From assembly GCF_006345805.1 (NCBI RefSeq), contig NC_043005.1:93434001-93498000 (forward strand): 64,000 bases of DNA. The letters run 5' to 3'. The translations under genes and the position numbers were made by a program. The number at the start of each line of letters is the position of its first letter. Within the stretch, counting starts at the first letter, position 1. Of this stretch, positions 58,262 to 64,000 are shown one piece after another. This stretch comes from Octopus sinensis. Its lineage: Eukaryota. The notes under the pieces were generated by a model. It had not been told where the DNA came from. It did no database searches and saw nothing but the letters and a program-made list of their open reading frames with translations.

Positions 58262-59708
58262 TTTCTTCTTCCCGTCTGTCTTGATAGACAATGGGTCGCG
58301 CCAAGGGTGGGGCCTACTTTGATGATGAGCAGCGTCTGCTGTGACTGAACAGTCCAATTCTAGAGTGGCAGTCCCTGGTACAGTTGCTGCACACGAACAT
58401 CGATAGGTACGTGTGGGGTGTTGCTGCAGTTGTCCTCCTCCTGTCCCGCCTGTCCGACCACAGCTGTGCTCTCCTTTCCTCAGCCATGGAAACGCCTTTC
58501 CTCACTGTCCGACGCCAGGCAGAGCGGTCAGCAGCTGTTACCTCCCACATATCCACACAGATGTTGGCAGTCCTCAGGTCGCGCTTGCACACATCCCTGT
58601 ATCGTAGCTGTGGACGTCCCTTGGGTCGGGATCCCGTGGTGAGTTCGCTGTACAGAATGTCTTTAGGCATGCGACCGTCCTGCATGCGGCAGACGTGTCC
58701 GAGCCAGCGCAGTCGTCTCCGCACGAGGAGGGCATGCATGCTTGGCATATTAGTCTGTTCTAGGATGACTCCGTTTGGTACTCGGTCCTTCCAGGAGATG
58801 CCAAGGATCCGTCGAAGACACCGCATGTGGAAGCCGCTGAGGCGGCATTCTTGCCGGGTGTATGTTGTCCAGCTCTCGCTGCCGTAGAGTAGGGTGCTCA
58901 GCACGCAGGCTCGGTACACTGCGATCTTGGTGGTTATTGTGAGCATGTTGTTTTCCCACACTCTCCTGGAGAGCTTAGCCATGGCAGCAGCAGCCTTCCC
59001 AATCCGTCTGTTCAGCTCCGGCTCGAGGGACAGGCTGCTGGAGACCGTCGATCCCAGGTAAGTGAACTCGTTCACCACCTGCAAGATGTGGTCGCCGACA
59101 CTGATGCTGGGGACCCCTCCGACGTCCTGGCCCATGATCTCTGTCTTTTTCAGGCCGATGGTAAGGCCGAACTCTTGGCAGGCATCCGCCAGGGAGCTGA
59201 CCAGCCTCTGGAGACCCTGCTGGTTGTGTGATGTTAGGGCGGCATCGTCAGCAAAGAGGATCTCTCTGATCAGCACCTGACGGACTTTGGTCTTAGCTCT
59301 GAGGCGCGCAAGATTGAACAATCCACCATCAGCCCTGGTGTGGAGGAACACTCTGTCGTCGGACGTTCTGAAGGCATAGGACAGGACAAGGGAGAAGAAA
59401 ATTCCGAAGAGCGTCGGCGCCAGAACGCAACCCTATTTCACTCCACTCTGGATGGGGAACGACTCCGAGGGCGATCCGTCAAACTGCACTGTTCCCTGCA
59501 TACCGTCGTGAAAGGAGGTGATGAGTTTCAGCAGTCTGGGAGGGCAACCTATCCTACCCAGGAGCGCAAACAGCCCCTCCCTGCTGACTGAGTCGAACGC
59601 CTTAGCCAGGTCGATGAAGGCCACGTATAGGGGCTGTCTCTGTTCTCGACTCTTTTCTTGAAGCTGCCTGAGTGAGAAGATCATGTCGATTGTAGACCTC
59701 TCTGCCCT
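58262..59708 (-). mobile_element. 5'-truncated RTE (BovB-like) LINE, nearly intact frame
   Basis: MIFSLRQLQEK..FIDLAKAFDSV, GVK*GCVLAPTLF (single in-frame TAG), LFADD, FTYLGS, RRLRWLGHVCRM and C-terminal CSNC..CHSRIGLFSH..C. Confidence 0.95.
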
Positions 59709-59717
59709 ATGTGTACG

Positions 59718-59791
<74 letters not shown>

Positions 59792-59859
59792 CGTACATAT
59801 ATATATATATATCGCGCACGCACATGCGCACACATGTTGTTTCTCCAAAAGTGCTTTCG

Positions 59860-60100
59860 ATTACGTGCGGAGACGGCCATCGTGAAGCCATTTTATATGC
59901 TTTATTGTTTCCACTAAGAAATATTCTGTCGTTTTCTGTTGTGTTGTGTGACTAATGCCACAAGGCATAGTCCCTGGGGTTGAGGTGCAGAGTCAGAGAT
60001 ACCATAAGCCAAAATTTTGGTTATCATTCAAGATGTATGGTGATGCTTCTTTCGGCTCGGAACAAATTCAGTTTTTACCAGGGTTGATTATAGAAGGAAA
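59860..60100 (+). pseudogene. Possible mariner transposase N-terminal remnant
   Basis: IIQDVYGDASFGSEQI resembles the mariner HTH region; short and degenerate. Confidence 0.35.
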
Positions 60101-61953
60101 TGTAACCGAGTGAATACATCGTCCACTCATGTATATTATTAAATTGGTGTGGTGTTTATTGGAGAGATAAAAGCCATGTTGACATCCCGGTGGGAAGAAC
60201 AATACAGAATACCATAAAAAGATTGACCAAGGTGCTTTGCTGCGTCACAGTGATTTCTAATGCAATGAAAATAAATGAAAACAGCCGAAAACGATCGATC
60301 AAAACCAAAAAAGCATTTTAAAAAAACGGTATGGGGAGAACATTAAAAAGATTTACGAACCCAGATGTGAAGGCTGAAGCTTAAACATTATCACTGGATA
60401 TTACAGTCGACTTTTTACTTTTTATACATCAACTGACAATATCCAGAACGACGAAAATACATCGCCCTCTTTACACAAACCTGCAACGAAAGTTCAGAGT
60501 TTCATGGCTTTGTTTCCTCGAAACTTTCTTAATGTTGCAAATTTTTCTGTGAGACGCGTTTTAGATTTTGGAAATTACGATTACACCGATAAAATCATAA
60601 TTTTTTTCATTCAAAAAAAAAAGAAGACCATAATTTTTATTAATCTAATAACTTGTTCATAGTTGTTGAACAGCATAATAATATAGGATAAGAACATTGG
60701 CGAAATATCATCCAGAATTCTTTCCATTTGTATTGTAGTAATCAAAACGTGGACTCAGAAATATTTTTCATCTTACCTATCAATTTTGTACTGATAACGA
60801 ATAATATTATCAGGAGGAAGTCAAAGATGTTTATTATATTCGCAATGGTCGCGAGTTGTTGAATGGAAGTCTTTTCTTTCTAACTAAAAAAGAGTATTTC
60901 AATTTACTTGAAATGCTGTAATGTACAAAAAAAACAACGCAGGTGAGAAGTCAGGAGAAAAATAAGTAATGTGATGTCAATAAGAAGAAGAAACAAAGAG
61001 GAAAAAAGTTTGTATTACTTTACATTGGTTGTTCAATGCATTTACAATATTTCGGTAAAGGTTCCCCTTGTAAAATATAAGGAAGAAACTAATCTGAGAG
61101 TTCCAAATAGCAAGTTATTATTGACAGGTCATTCAGATGTGCTTTCCCCGAACTTTTGGATTGTTCCCTTTTATATATTCCTAAAATAGAGAAACATTGA
61201 ACAACTTAGCTTCTGTTTCTGTTTATTTGCATCACTTTAGCTGTTTTGTTTAACATCTCACCAGCATTGCTTTATACATTTTATACATTATTTGCAGACA
61301 CTGGCCTCTAACTATCCAGTCTGAGCATTAGCCACAAGAGAAAAGCCTCTACGTAGTTGCCCCTGGTGTTAGAAATAGTAGCTAAATCTAATTGAAACCA
61401 CACCCTTATCGTCTTAATGTGTCAGATAATGGGATACTAAATTATATAAACCTACATATACCTAAAAAGGTGGGATGACCGCTTTCGATCAAAGGTTTAC
61501 TGATCTAGAAATAAGCATCACCATCGTATCAGTCTAGGAAGACCTGCAATCTTCATATGCACTGCTGCCTTGGTTAACTTATTAAAATAACAACAAAACA
61601 TACACCGACACGTGTCTCTGGATAAATATATCTGAAGTTGTAACTGTTGGTGGTTGAAGCAAGTTTCATTTAACACAAAATCTTATTAACGAGTCTGATA
61701 TTTTACGCCAGCTATTCCTCAAATATATTTATAGCCACAAAAGAGTTGTAGAATTAAATATCAATCTCGTTATCGTCTTTGCTTCTCAATAAAACACGCA
61801 CGCACACACACGCACACACACACACGCACGCACACACATACATACACACACGCACATACACACATGAATACACGTTTCCCACTATGAATACACTTCAAAG
61901 AGTAGAACTTGTTCTTTTTTTATTTAATAAAGCAAAACAGAAAACAAATGTCG

Positions 61954-62000
<47 letters not shown>

Positions 62001-62025
62001 ACACACACACACACCACACACACAC

Positions 62026-62057
<32 letters not shown>

Positions 62058-62403
62058 AGAAAATTGTCTTTAGACACAATACAACTGGAGATGGCTGGCT
62101 AAACTGATGTAATTAGCGTTACTCTTCATAAGTTCAAATGTAACCGGGGAAACTTTGAATCACCGAAGTCGATCAGTAAATTTAAATACTATCGATCCAG
62201 TTAATGATACCTCAACAAATACAAAAGACACACACACACACACACACACGTGTATGTATATAGGTATACACACACACACACATATATATATACATACGTA
62301 CATATATACATACACACACTTTTTATGCGTACACAAACACACAAAATACATATATATATACATACATTTACATGCATGCATGTATATGTATGCATGCATG
62401 TGA

Positions 62404-62676
62404 GTATGTATGTATGTGTGTATGTATGTGTGTATGCATATGTGTGTGTGTGTATGTATGTATGTATGTATGTATGTATGTATGTATGTATGTATGTATG
62501 TATGTGTGTATGTATGTATGTATGTATGTATGTGTTGTGTGTATGCATGTATTATGTATGTATGTATTATGTATGTATGTATGTATGTGTGTATGTATGT
62601 ATGTATGTATGTATGTATGTATGTATGTATGTATGTATGTATGTATGTATGTGTGTATGTATGTATGTATGTATGT
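62404..62676. repeat. (ATGT)n microsatellite
   Basis: Read directly from the sequence. Confidence 0.95.
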
Positions 62677-62910
62677 AACAGGATATGTACCAATCCGCCA
62701 GGAGCAAATTACAGCTGAAGTTGAGTTTGGGGAAGAGAATGCCACTTCTAACTTCATACGCTAAGAATAATGACGATATAAGGGGCAATAAGAATCCACA
62801 AAACCTTCGTATTTAGAGGATGATGAACAAAACAAAATACTTTCCTTCATAACCTTGCTACTAAGCAGATGGGCCATCAAAATGGCTCTAAATAAAAAAG
62901 AGGATAAAAA
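62677..62910 (+). pseudogene. R4/Dong-like LINE 3' terminal fragment
   Basis: Homologous to 31028-31170 (TGYVP.., GATGAACAAAACAA..ACTTTCCTTCA). Confidence 0.7.
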
Positions 62911-63049
62911 CATACGTACATACATACATACATACAGATGCACACATGCATATACACAGAAAACATGCATTCATACCAAAATATCGAACGAATTCTTCCT
63001 GAAAGCCCGTGTGGATTTAGTATATCTTGAAGCATAACGATTTGATTTT

Positions 63050-63450
63050 TCAACTTGCGATAAATTCAGAAAAAGGTTTTCGAGCAACACATCTCACTTT
63101 TCATTGTATTTGTTGACTTTACGATAGTGTGCGCAATGACAGAGTTCATAGACCCTACTTAAAAGATATGGATGTCCGGACAAATGTATAGAGACAGCCA
63201 GGCAGTTAAAGGAAGGTATGCCTGTTATGAGCTCTCTAAAGAACCACAGTTATCTGCATCCTTTATAGTCATCCATGAAGCAAATCAGGGCTGCGTACAC
63301 GCTCTCCGAATTATTTCTGGGTAGTGCGTTTGAAAAGATGGTGAAAGGCGAATTAATCCATACAAAAATGGCTGGTGGGTTGTTGGACCTCTCTCAGCTA
63401 AGATCTAAAAAGTGACGAACATCTCTCTAGCGGCTCATCAAAAAAAAAAA
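63050..63450 (+). pseudogene. RTE-like RT remnant
   Basis: Weak motifs ..FVDF.. and NQGCVHA (compare KQGCVLAP). Confidence 0.4.
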
Positions 63451-64000
63451 AACGCATGAATTTGGTCAATGCAGGGGCAGTTTTCGGTCCATCAATAAAT
63501 GCAAAAGTACGCCAGACACGCTCACCTAGATGCCCTAGCCTGGCTCGCTCAAGCTCTATTTTGTGTCAATGATCCACTGCACCAGGTCTACCAACAACAT
63601 TTCGCAGTATCTGCCATCATGGTAAAGTCAGAACGGTTTACTATTCCAAATTAGAGCAGAACAACATCTATGAAGTTTCTTCAATATATATGAAGAAAAA
63701 AAGTCTTTTCTGCTACCAAATCATACTCAGTTACAAAGGAAGGCAAGTCAAACATACATACAACACACATAGATATATGCATACATACGTACATACACAC
63801 ACATATGCATACATACACACATACATACATACATACACACACATACATACATACATACATACATACATACATACATACATACATACATACATACATACAT
63901 ACATACACACATACATGCATACATACAAACATACATACACACACAAACATACATATACACATACACACACATACATACATACATACGACACACACACATA

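Noticed and set aside
58384-58887. 167-aa plus-strand ORF (and similar ORFs at 4460-5020 and 45838-46128)
   Set aside because: Antisense shadows of GC-rich transposon coding sequence.

Overview
This is an AT-rich, extremely repeat-dense eukaryotic window. The SINE families and microsatellite load point to an animal genome, most likely a coleoid cephalopod (Octopus-like); this is an inference. I found no intact host gene, and most listed ORFs are microsatellite read-through. The window is a mosaic of decayed mobile elements: about 9 R4/Dong-type (restriction-like endonuclease) LINE fragments in (AAT)n/(ATAC)n tracts, RTE LINEs (one nearly intact), two tandem L1/Tx1 elements, a CR1/Jockey-type RT remnant, a Penelope-like remnant, Tc1, pogo and MULE-like DNA transposons, Helitron pieces and at least 4 tRNA-derived SINE families. 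Three signals stand out. (i) Several minimal type-I hammerhead ribozyme motifs with palindromic stem III occur, one embedded in the tail of a tRNA-headed SINE that appears as head-to-head pairs. (ii) One SINE has a 3' tail matching the local Tx1 LINE. (iii) Fold-back palindromes and inverted duplications recur at scales from about 27 bp to 600 bp arms.
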